Positions 1-9,453 of a stretch of 32,000 nt of DNA are shown here, in pieces. How positions within the stretch are numbered: the stretch's first letter is position 1; each line of letters opens with the position of its first letter. Location: positions 495,267 to 527,266 of the forward strand of contig NW_008806279.1 in the NCBI RefSeq assembly GCF_000400465.1, read 5' to 3'. The notes beneath the pieces are model-generated. The model did not search any database and was not told the origin of the DNA. It worked only from the letters and a program-made list of their open reading frames with translations. This stretch comes from Wallemia ichthyophaga EXF-994 (Eukaryota; Fungi; Basidiomycota). The position numbers were made by a program, and so were the translations under genes.

Positions 1-965
1 CCAGAACCGTGGATAACAACCTCATCACTCCCGCTGTCGACGGGAGTTGGATGGCTGGGTGGTGCATTGTTGCGCCCCTCTGTCACTGTTGCCACCCACT
101 CACACAACCCGCGACTACTGCCGACGAGGAGCATCGGCAGGAGCCCAACCGGTTTAGCCTCATCGATCGGTTTTAGATGGAGGGCTAGGGCATTAAGGAG
201 AGTGCGAAGATGCGCAATTCTTGCTTGTTCCAGTTGGTCCAGTTCGAGATGCTGCAGGTGCTGCTCTCCCGCGACCAGGCTGGCTGGCGGACATTTGAGG
301 CTGAATTCAGGATGGACACCCGTCACTACCACCCTGCCGTTGCCGTAGCGCCTCTGCAGAGCTGCGACGGAGCCGTTGTGCGAGTAAGTAGCGAGAATGG
401 ATGTGTCTGTGTCTGTGTCTTGTGTGCTTGTGCTGCCGATATCGAACGCACACCCGCCATTGAGATAAAGGAGTAGCTTGTCGTGTGCTTGTGTACGAGT
501 GTGTGTGTGCTTGTGCGTGCTCGCCTCCACTTCCACCTCAGCCAGATGCGCACCCCGCTCAGAGTTGTACTGGAAGTTGGGCAGAGCGGGTCCGACGGCG
601 AGTGCGTCAATCAAGTTGAGCGGGCGGTCGCCTACAATGGCCAGCGACTCATCCCCCACTGCGAACTCTACACGCTTGCACGCGAAATAGGCACCGGCAC
701 AGACACCCAAGTACCGCCCGCCATTGAAAATGTACCGTTTGAGACGCGCAATGAGTGTGCCGCGGAGAGAGTGCAAATATGGCAGGTCACGCCCGCCTGG
801 AATAACAACAGCCGCTGTGTATTCCTCCCAAGGCTCATTTGCGAGTACAGCCGCTGAAACTGATTGGATCGAGTAGCAGGGAGAGAGGAAACGGGTGAGT
901 TGGGATTTGAGATGCGCTATAGAGGTGGCGCTGCAGCCTTGATCATCGTATATCAGGATATTCAT
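1..965 (-). CDS. BPL1: Biotin--protein ligase (holocarboxylase synthetase), N-terminal part; runs off the window start
   Basis: My minus-strand translation from ATG at 965 (frame absent from the ORF track): MNILIYDDQGCSATSIAHLKSQL...EPWEEYTAAVVIPGGRDLPY...GGRYLGVCAGAYF...VEF...FQYNSERGA...GRVVVTGVHPEF. This matches the GATase-like N-terminal domain of fungal Bpl1; open to position 1. Confidence 0.9.
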   Translation of the reverse strand, partial: MNILIYDDQGCSATSIAHLKSQLTRFLSPCYSIQSVSAAVLANEPWEEYTAAVVIPGGRDLPYLHSLRGTLIARLKRYIFNGGRYLGVCAGAYFACKRVEFAVGDESLAIVGDRPLNLIDALAVGPALPNFQYNSERGAHLAEVEVEASTHKHTHTRTQAHDKLLLYLNGGCAFDIGSTSTQDTDTDTSILATYSHNGSVAALQRRYGNGRVVVTGVHPEFSLKCPPASLVAGEQHLQHLELDQLEQARIAHLRTLLNALALHLKPIDEAKPVGLLPMLLVGSSRGLCEWVATVTEGRNNAPPSHPTPVDSGSDEVVIHGS

Positions 966-985
966 CTTGAACGATCACAACGACG

Positions 986-1729
986 ATGGATAGCTTCTAT
1001 CAAGCCATTTACGAAAATGGCGGGCGTGATGGAATACACGTGTTACTCACATATGCTCAATCATTGGACGGATTCATTGCTGGGAGTCATGGCAGGCAAA
1101 TAACTCTATCGTGCAAAGAAAGCATGGCTATGACGCATAACCTCCGTCTTCTCTCGGATGCAATTGTCGTTGGGAGTGGTACGCTGGTGAACGATAATCC
1201 GGGATTAAATGCGCGTGTGCCTGTTGTAGCACCGCTAGATAATCAACCAACGCCGATTGCAATTGATCCCGAGTATAAGATGCCAGTGACAGCGAAATTA
1301 ATCTCAAACTACCACAATGGAATTGGTAAACAGCCTATCCTGCTGGCTTATAGAGACTCACCCAAGAACGACAAAAGACTGGCGTTAGAGGAGAGTGGAG
1401 TGAAAGTGGTTGATATTCTCACACCAAGCACACCACTCAACAGACAACACTTCAACACACTCAGCCAGATATTTGGATTTACGCGATTCATGGTTGAAGG
1501 TGGTGCAACGGTGATCAAGAGCATTCTAGCCGCGTCGGCAAACGAAACATCCCTATCTGACACCCTGGCCGATACTCTAGTAGTTACAGTCTCGCCTGTG
1601 CTCATCGGTGATGGTGTTAGTGTGGTGAAAAATCAACCAAATAACTCAAAAACACCAAATCTACATCACAAAGCTAGCAAAGTATTTGGTAAGGATGTTG
1701 TATTCGTCGCTAATTTTATAGATAATTGA
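986..1729 (+). CDS. RIB7: 2,5-diamino-6-ribosylamino-4(3H)-pyrimidinone 5'-phosphate reductase (riboflavin biosynthesis, RibD_C fold)
   Basis: Intronless 247-aa ORF with LTYAQSLDGFIA, ESMAMTHNLR...DAIVVGSGTLVNDNPGLNAR and MVEGGA motifs. Confidence 0.92.
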   Translation: MDSFYQAIYENGGRDGIHVLLTYAQSLDGFIAGSHGRQITLSCKESMAMTHNLRLLSDAIVVGSGTLVNDNPGLNARVPVVAPLDNQPTPIAIDPEYKMPVTAKLISNYHNGIGKQPILLAYRDSPKNDKRLALEESGVKVVDILTPSTPLNRQHFNTLSQIFGFTRFMVEGGATVIKSILAASANETSLSDTLADTLVVTVSPVLIGDGVSVVKNQPNNSKTPNLHHKASKVFGKDVVFVANFIDN

Positions 1730-1816
1730 AGTTTGAATTTTCAATGATATTTTCTCATTTCCTCATTTCCCCGACTTGTCGTCTTCTCGCTTGGTAATTC
1801 TTGATAATCAGGCGGA

Positions 1817-2384
1817 ATGAGCGATACAGATAAGAAAATTGATGACAGCAATTTAAATAATATCGATGCTGTCGACAGCGACGACAAGGATGACAACAAA
1901 TCCACCCCTTCCAACTCGGGCGGCGCATATGACCCAGAAACAGGGTAAGAAAGGGGACAAGACACACAGTACACAGCCTCTCACACACTCCCCAGTGAAA
2001 TAAACTGGGACTGTCCCTGTTTAGGCGGAATGGCTCATGGCCCTTGTGGCGAAGACTTCAAGAGTGCTTTCTGTGGGTGTGATGTGTTATAAAAGGGCAA
2101 ACACAAACTCAAACGCTCTTATAGCCTGCTTCGTCTACTCTGAAGCTGATCCAAAGGGAATCGATTGTGTTGAGGCGTTCAAAGGCATGCAAGGTGAGTA
2201 TTGATGTGTTGATAGGTTACTTCACTCAAACACCTCCACAGACTGCTTCAGAAGCCATCCAGAACACTACAGCGATGAGATTGCAGATGATGACGATGAC
2301 GCAAATCCAGATTCAATCGACACTCAAAACACCACAGACAACTCAGACGCTCCTCAAAACCCTCAAGATTCCTCAAGAATATAG
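1817..2384 (+). CDS. MIA40: Mitochondrial intermembrane-space oxidoreductase Mia40 (short, 138 aa)
   Basis: Exons 1817-1944, 1996-2072, 2125-2193 and 2242-2384 (GT-AG introns of 51, 52 and 48 bp) give [66 protein letters not shown], i.e. CPC plus twin CX9C. Confidence 0.93.
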
Positions 2385-2491
2385 ACTTCATTCCGCAACT
2401 TGTACCATATCTTTTAAGAAAAGTAAGAGTAGAAAATTTTCATTTGACATTATTTCATCGGTTTCAACACTTTATCCTTCATTACACCCTC

Positions 2492-4226
2492 TCATACCCC
2501 CTTGCTCGACCTGCTAGCCGTACTATCACTCCTTTTCACACTAGGCTTAGGCCTGTGCGTATCCACTGCCTCGATCGGAAGCTGATACCTAACTTCGTCA
2601 CATCCATACGCTTTAGGTGTGAGCTTGATGACTGTATGCAGCGGTATTTTGATGTACGGTATTTCCTCCTGAGGAATGTTATGGAAATACCCATAGATAG
2701 CTCTCAAGATGGCCTGGTGCCCTATAACGAGTATGTTGTTCTGTCTCTCCATCTCCATTATGATTGGCTCGAGTCTGATAACGACATCGCGGTAACTCTC
2801 TCCACCTCTGTACCTGTAGTTATATTTATCCTCGTCTCGATTCGCGTAGTCTTCGGGGTAGTTTTCTTCGATTTCCTCGTACGTCATCCCATCGCACACA
2901 CCCGCGTCGAGCTCATCGAGCGACTTCCATGTGAGTTTCGGGTAGGGGAGGTTAGAAGCAGTCTGGATGGTGCGTTTGAGAGTCGAAGTCCACAGCTGTA
3001 GATACGTTAGTATCAAGCACACTAGGCATCTTCATATCATCACCCACAGTTAGCGGCACATTGCCGACATTATCCCTGACAAGATTAGGCAGTGCTTGCG
3101 CATACCTTGCACCACGAGGACTGAGGTCGCTATCACCGCCGATTCTCCCCTCGACATTAAACATAGACTCGCCGTGCCTAGTGAGGAAGATGCTCCTTGG
3201 TGAGACGTGAAGGTTCATTAGATAGAATGCGATCCTCGACTCGAGGTAACCGTTGATGAGATTGCACACGACCTTCTCACCCACGTTGATAACCTTGCAG
3301 TAGCTAATATGAGGTTCGTTGACTGGCTCATAAGCAGCCTCGTAATGACTAATACGTCTCCTGAAATCTGCTTCTGCCTGCTCTGGTGTCATACCGTTGT
3401 AATCTGGATCGCCTGCGCTGACTTTCCCAGCGACGTTAGCCGAGATGACTGATGGGTCTTCACAGACGGATTCGATAAATATAATCTGCATTCCACGTTC
3501 TTTTTCAATACGTTCTGCAAGTTTCTGTCTGCGTTCCATAGTGGAATTGGTAGCGTCGTGTATACCGACGTTTCCACCCTGCTTAAGCCAATCGATGAGA
3601 TTTTCGAGACAGTCGTTGGCCATCTTCTCGCGCATCCCCATCGCGTCTGCGTTGTTAGGGTTGAAGAAGCTGGCTGAATGGTCATCGCGGGCGCCCGTCG
3701 TTGCCTTCTTCTCGCGCGCCAATTTCCGCCTGTATTGACCTACGTTAAACACCTTGACATCGTACTCGAGCCACTTGAGATAACGCATCAGCTTGTTGGA
3801 TAGGTACGACTTGCCTCGTGCGGGGAGACCGACCATCGCAACGACAATTTTAGCTTCGGAGTAATCAGGCTTGGCAGCTGTCTTGCCAATGCCTGCGACG
3901 GAGGGTGCGCGGGATGGGGCTCTACTGGCTAGTCTACTGGCGTTGGTGCTCTGGTCGAGCTGTTTGAGTATACCGGCATTGGCACTGGATGCTGTGTATG
4001 GTACAGGCGAGATGGGACCGCTATCAAGCTTAAGCCTCTCGATATCGGGGATTTGGCCCGCGGATCTGGATGGGTGGTGGAGACTGTGAGCGGATTGGGA
4101 GTGGTGATGATGCAATTGCTCCATTCCGAAAGATTGGGCGGGGAGGGAAGGAGAAGATTGGTTGCTGGCTTGAGACGTGGCTTCTTGGTCCTTGATGTGC
4201 TGTGGGGGAGAACCGGGAGGAGACAT
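2492..4226 (-). CDS. Bifunctional 6-phosphofructo-2-kinase / fructose-2,6-bisphosphatase (~560 aa)
   Basis: Walker A VAMVGLPARGKS, VFNVGQYRR, phosphatase RHGES, YRYRGGESY and GHQA motifs. One 52-bp intron (2996-3047) joins ORFs 2952..4448 and 2492..3022. Start placed at MSPPGSP (4226); PFK26/FBP26 paralog identity not resolved. Confidence 0.9.
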
Positions 4227-4491
4227 TAGATGATGGACGTTTGAGAACAAGGAGATTATTGGTAAAGAATACATGATTTTAGATGAAAATAAAAACAAAT
4301 TACAAAATTGCGTTATATTCTGTGTTAATTGGGTTTGGCTGTGTAAGTGGAATGTCTCATCCGTATAAACCTGTGTCTTGCTATTAAGTGAGTGTGTCTT
4401 GCTATTAAAGAGAGTGTGAGCCTGATTAGGCGTGTTAAATGATTCCAATTGATATTCCTATGTAAATATTCTGACGTCATCAACGACATCA

Positions 4492-5033
4492 TCACCTCAT
4501 TGAAGAAGCCCTTGAGATTGTTGGTCGTGGGGTAGCCTGAGTGTGCTGCCTTTGTTCAAATTCAAATGAAGGCGTTGGTGATCTGCTATAGAGGATATAG
4601 CTCTGATACGCGTATGAGTGAGTTACACTTGGTAATAAAAACAAACCCACATTAGACATGTGTCCATCACTTGTATTGAGGTATTCCCCAAGATTTGGTG
4701 TCACTGTGATTGTAAGAGTCATTTGTACTACCACCAATACCCACACTCACCCGTCCACCACGCGATCTCAAGTAAAGCGCGTCTACCATTGCTAGTTTTA
4801 GCCTTCTTGTTGGCATTCCCGGCACTTCCCGCGTTCCCTCCGCTAACGCCAATCCCCGTGCCTATTCCACTTCCACTAGCTTGGTTCTGTCCACGCGCGA
4901 CTTCCCCGTCATTCTCATCGTTCCCAATCCTGTCAGTCGATCCAGTGGCTTTCAGGCGTCTCCGTGTGTTCAACGACGTCTTCGATCTTCTCTTGAGATT
5001 CGCCTCTGATGCTCGCTTCGTCACTACTGGCAT
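4492..5033 (-). CDS. Hypothetical small basic/low-complexity protein (148 aa), unrecognised family
   Basis: Exons 5033-4751, 4703-4651 and 4602-4492 are joined by two typical introns (47 bp GTGAGT..CAG; 48 bp GTGGGT..CAG) that keep the frame: MPVVTKRASEANLKRR...RRALLEIAWWTVTPNLGEYLNTSDGHMSNSYILYSRSPTPSF...SSMR*. Confidence 0.55.
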
Positions 5034-5103
5034 CCTCGTCGTCGTCGTACTGGATCAAGAGTAAGAACGAATAATTGTCGATAAAGATGTAAAAATCATT
5101 TTA

Positions 5104-5208
5104 ACGCGTTTATTTAAGGCCTTATATGTGTAAACTACAAATACACCACTAGTTCCATCGAAAACGCTCACAATCATCCACCCTTCCACGCGTTACTATA
5201 TCACGCGT
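5104..5208. promoter_or_regulatory. Cluster of three MCB-type (MluI cell-cycle box) ACGCGT elements
   Basis: Exact ACGCGT at 5104-5109, 5188-5193 and 5203-5208, about 70-175 bp upstream of the orphan ATG at 5033. Confidence 0.55.
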
Positions 5209-5706
5209 TCAACTGGAATGCTCTGACGCAATTAATTCAAATAGGCTGTTTTAGCCTGATAAGCTCGTTGGAATGCCCGATTCCCTTTCATTCATTTCAC
5301 GTCTTCATAGTTAAGTACTTGGCGATTGTGATTACAGCATTTAAGTGGAGTATTCGGGTTGAGGAGGGGTTTTAACACTACTTCTAAATGTATCTCAAGA
5401 ATATAACTTACTTCCACAACCACAGCCCTTTCTTCCCACTTGACATCAATATTGTTCAGCTTCAATGAGTATAACTAGCAACTCAACTAAGATAGAGATA
5501 TGAGAGTGTGGCAAACATTTTACATAAACGTAACACCACTATGTGTCTACTAATCCCATTATCAACCCACAAACTTCACCTACAACCGTTGCACATTCAG
5601 GAGGAAGATTTTCACCAATCTCAGACACACCAGACTTACGAATATACCGAGATACTTGATAAACTAACATCGTACAAAATTCTAAGCGGAAACTAAATCA
5701 ACCAAT

Positions 5707-7107
5707 TTACTTCCTTTCACTGAGGTAGTCAACACCTGGGAGGACATCACCTTGGAGCAATTCAAGAGATGAGCCACCACCAGTTGATACGTGAGCCAGA
5801 GCATCTTCCTTTCCAGCCTTAGCGACAACAGTAGCAGTGTCACCACCACCGATAATGACGTTCGAACCGTTCTTTTGAGCTTCGATTGATGCTTCGAGGA
5901 GAGCATTTGAACCCTTGGCGTAATTAGGGAACTCGAAAACACCTGCTGGTCCATTCCAGAGGATAGTCTTGGATTTTTTGATCTCTTCACCGAATGCAGC
6001 TGCTGAGTCTGGACCAATATCAAGACCTTCCCATTTGTCTGGGATACCTTCAGACTCCTTGACGACCTTGTTAGCACCGTCATTTGAGAACTCCTGGGTA
6101 ATGACGTAGTCGGATGGAATCAATATCTTGACATTGTTCTTGGCAGCCTTCGCCATGATATCGCCGACCTTCTCAAAACCTGCCTTGTCAAAGAGTGAGT
6201 CACCAATAGCCATACCCTCAGCCTTCTTGAAAGTGTAGGCCATACCACCGCAGATGATGAGAGAGTCGACCTTGGTGAGCATGTTTTCGATGAGTTGGAT
6301 CTTATCAGAAACCTTGGCACCACCGAGGATGGCAAGGAAAGGTCTCTCAGGAGCCTCGATAACCTTTGCAAAGTACTCAAGTTCCTTCTTTACGAGGAAA
6401 CCGGCAGCTCTAGTGTCAAGCTTGATACCAGAGACAGAAGAGTGTGCTCTGTGAGCGGTACCGAAAGCGTCGTTGACGTAAACATCGCCGAGCTTAGTGA
6501 GTTGTTGGCGGAAGGCGTCAACGGCAGCTTGGTCAGCCTTGATCTTGTTACCGTCAGCGTCCTTTCTCGAGCCTTCTTCTTCGATGTGGAAACGAAGGTT
6601 TTCGAGGAGAACGATGGAGCCCTTTGGAGCTGAGTTGACAGTCTTCTCAACCTCCTCACCAACGCAATCTTTAGTGAAGATAATCTTCTGGTTGAGCTGC
6701 TTCTCCAATTCGTCAGCAACAATCTTGAGCGAGTACTTGTCGTTTGGCTGGCCATCTGGTCTACCCATGTGTGACATGAGGACGACAGCCTTGGCGCCGT
6801 GTTCTTGGGCGTATTTGATGGTTGGGAGGGCACCAACGATTCTCTGCGGTGTGTGAGTGCTGTGGAGCGTATCACCCAAACTTTAAAACTCACCGCTGGG
6901 TTTGAAATTTGGCCAGTCTTCTTGTCGAGAGGAACGTTGAAATCCTAGTGGGCGTCAGAGGCGTGTCGATGGCTCTGCTCAAGACCCACGCAGCGGATGA
7001 GGACACGCTTCTCAGCGACGTCGATGTCTGTGATATTCAATTTGCTAGCGAGAGATGTCCTAGGCGGTGTAAGCGTCGGCTGCAGCCAGTTTTACATTTA
7101 CAAACAT
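5707..7107 (-). CDS. PGK1: Phosphoglycerate kinase (419 aa)
   Basis: Exons 7107-7106 (AT), 7059-6990, 6944-6894 and 6843-5707; introns of 46, 45 and 50 bp. Motifs DFNVPL, LMSHMGRP, LLENLRFH, NDAFGTAHRAHSS, ILGGAKVSDKI, WNGPAGVFE and HVSTGGGSSLELL. Confidence 0.97.
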
Positions 7108-7413
7108 TTTGATGTTGGTGGTCGTGATGAGAGATATGATCCAGACGGACGAATCCGTTTTCGTGGATTTGAATGGCTTGTTTCCGCCGATGTTGAGTAT
7201 TTGGCTGTCATTTGTGGCTTATTTACACGCCCGCTCAGTTCCCTGCCTAAGGCTTCTCCTCCGCCGCGATTAGTCGTCTGTCCGGCGACAAGGACAGCAG
7301 CCGAATAAGGCACCCGAGAAAGGCACAATTCATGTGCCAGTATAGCCGCGGCTGTCCTCGGGCTAAACCTGGGTAAATTTGAAAGAGTCTCAATATGTCT
7401 TTGCATTGTTTTG

Positions 7414-8393
7414 TTACAGATTAGGCGTGGCAGGGGTATTTGAAGAGTCATTCACATCATTCTTCTGGCTATCTTCATTCTCGCCGTTCTCTCTGTCGTC
7501 ATCCTTACTCTCGCCCACCTCCCGCTGCTGCTGGCAGAACGAGCATACGAAATCTCCATTGGGTGCGTCTTCGAGACCTATGCACGCAAGATGGAACCAC
7601 TGGTAGGGGCATTGTTCTGGGTGTGTTGAGTAAGCAACGCTGAGCTATAAAGTGCTATAAAGCGCTATTAACGCGCCATTTACCCACCATTATCGCATCC
7701 CACCATATCGCCAAAACTGACTTGATGGCAGAAGCAGTAACGCTCATCGTCTTCCTTCTTCTCCTTCTCCGCTCTCTCTTGCTCCTCTCTGACGGCGCGA
7801 GAACGGAGTCTGGAATCGCGTTCCTTTTTCAGCTGCTCGTTGTGCGATGGCTGTGTGCCCGGCCTGACGCCAATCTGGAGCTCTGTCTGCTGGTTCTCGA
7901 TGCCAGTCTCGATGAGCTTGATATTGCGTGCAATGATATCACGCAGGCTGGTCGCTATCGATACTCTCTCCTCGGATAGCCGCTGGGCGTCTGTGCCGTA
8001 GTTGCCGAGTTGGTAAAGAAGTTTGCTCGTGTGCGTGGGTGGTGTGTTGTCGAGTCTCCCCCGTATATAGCCCAACGTATCCTTCTCCAAGTTTGCCAAG
8101 TTCTCGCGCTGTACCCGAGTAACTTGGTTTAGAAGACCGCCGCTTCGATAAACCTCAGCGGGGAGTTGTTCCGTAGCTTCTGTGGGTGAGCCCGCAGCAC
8201 TCTCACGCTCACACCTACTCACTGGCCACATTCGAGCTGTACACTTCCTGCCAAAGATCGTTGATATGCTCAAAATCATCGTGGCTTCATTGGACGCGTC
8301 AATCGCGTGCGTGGATATAAAGCACACATACATTTCATCGGGAAGGTCGGCGCCTTCTTCTACGCCTTTCTCCACGCGTTTCGTCATGGTCAT
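7414..8393 (-). CDS. ING-family PHD-finger chromatin protein (Yng2/Pho23-like)
   Basis: ING N-terminal helical region (TEQLPAEVYRS...EERVSIA) and a PHD finger across an intron: RYCFCHQVSFGDMVGCDNEQCPYQWFHLACIGLEDAPNGDFVCSFC. Three short introns inferred; stop at 7414-7416. Confidence 0.88.
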
Positions 8394-8424
8394 CACAATG
8401 ATAGCAGCACAAGAATGTAAAATA

Positions 8425-9354
8425 TTAATTTCTGGACAAATTTCTACGCTGAGTGGTTTGTGAGGTGTCTATAAATTCCCACTTGTCCTTCACAGTAACC
8501 CCTTTACCCTCGTCGGCTTCTTTTTTAGGTTTCTCGGCCGCAACTTTGTGTTTCTCTTCGAGGGTGGACTCGTATTGCTCGGCACTCTTCTTTGCCTCTT
8601 CAGCCTGGTTGCTGTCAAGTGCGAGGAATATATTCTGCTCCGCGAGCGACGTCTTGTGACTAGAGCGTGGGTTTGAAGGGAGCACGCCTGCAGCTGGTTC
8701 TGGATGTACCTGAGCTGGTTCTGGGTCGACCTGCTGCGTCTTGCTAACCAGATCCATCACCGCGACGTCGTCCTTGAGCTTGGTGTTGAGTGACGCCACC
8801 CCGAGGTGCTTTTCCATTCCCTTGAGGTGCTCGAGCTGGAGTGTGCGCCCTTCATCCACCCAGCGTTTCTCAACCGCCTTGAGCCTGAGCAGCGCGTGTA
8901 TCCTGTCAACGCTGACCTTGAAATCCAGGCTGAGTTTTGTGGGTGTGTACTTGTGCGGGTCTGATTCGTTGAGCGAGTGTATTCTCGTTTTGAGTGCGTC
9001 GCTCAGAGGCGGCGGAGGTTTAAAAGTGGGGTTAAGAGGGAATGGAGTATTGCCTATCCAATTTGGCCCTGTCCTGCCATGCCTATAACTCAATCCATCA
9101 CCTTTTTCAAGCCAATTCGTCACTGAGGGATCCATTCGCTGTATTCTTGGACCACCTTGGGCTGATGGTGGCTTCTCGCCCAATGGAAGCCTCTTTGGCG
9201 CCTCCACCGCTGTACCCGCTTGTCCTGGCCGTGAGCGACCCTTTCCTGGGGCTGGCGGTGCGCCGAGAGTTGATAGATCTGGTGGCAGTTGGCGTGGTGG
9301 ACCTGATACCAGCAATTTCGTTGTTGAGTGGATGCACCGAATTTGACTTGTCAT
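8425..9354 (-). CDS. MRPS35: Mitochondrial small ribosomal subunit protein mS45 (Bot1/Mrps35 family)
   Basis: Intronless 309-aa ORF; PFPLNPTFKPPPPLSDALKTRI...LSLDFKVSVDRIHALLRLKAVEKRW matches the Bot1p-type domain; presequence-like N-terminus. Confidence 0.8.
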   Translation of the reverse strand: MTSQIRCIHSTTKLLVSGPPRQLPPDLSTLGAPPAPGKGRSRPGQAGTAVEAPKRLPLGEKPPSAQGGPRIQRMDPSVTNWLEKGDGLSYRHGRTGPNWIGNTPFPLNPTFKPPPPLSDALKTRIHSLNESDPHKYTPTKLSLDFKVSVDRIHALLRLKAVEKRWVDEGRTLQLEHLKGMEKHLGVASLNTKLKDDVAVMDLVSKTQQVDPEPAQVHPEPAAGVLPSNPRSSHKTSLAEQNIFLALDSNQAEEAKKSAEQYESTLEEKHKVAAEKPKKEADEGKGVTVKDKWEFIDTSQTTQRRNLSRN

Positions 9355-9380
9355 CGTTGTAGCTCAAGACGACGGCGATT

Positions 9381-9407
9381 CGATAATTTCGATAATTTCG
9401 ATAATTT
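9381..9407. repeat. Perfect tandem 3 x CGATAATTT in the 99-bp divergent intergenic region
   Basis: Read directly; units start at 9381, 9390 and 9399. Confidence 0.9.
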
Positions 9408-9453
9408 GAAGGGAATTTGAAGGAAATCTGGATAAATTATCTTTAATATATCA

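Noticed and set aside
400-515. TG/CA microsatellite-like stretches in BPL1 as introns
   Set aside because: The frame stays open through them with no suitable donor/acceptor pair; they appear to be low-complexity in-frame loop insertions.
4227-4448. N-terminal extension of the PFK-2 ORF (MESFNTPNQAH...)
   Set aside because: AT-rich, promoter/UTR-like sequence with no recognisable motifs; MSPPGSP at 4226 is the more plausible start.
5210-5700. Possible ncRNA or small gene between the MCB cluster and the PGK1 stop (e.g. ORF 5508..5696)
   Set aside because: No box C/D, H/ACA or tRNA structure and no convincing exon chain found by eye.
2492-7107. Glycolytic cluster (PFK-2 near PGK1)
   Set aside because: Only two genes, separated by an unrelated gene; proximity is unsurprising at this gene density.
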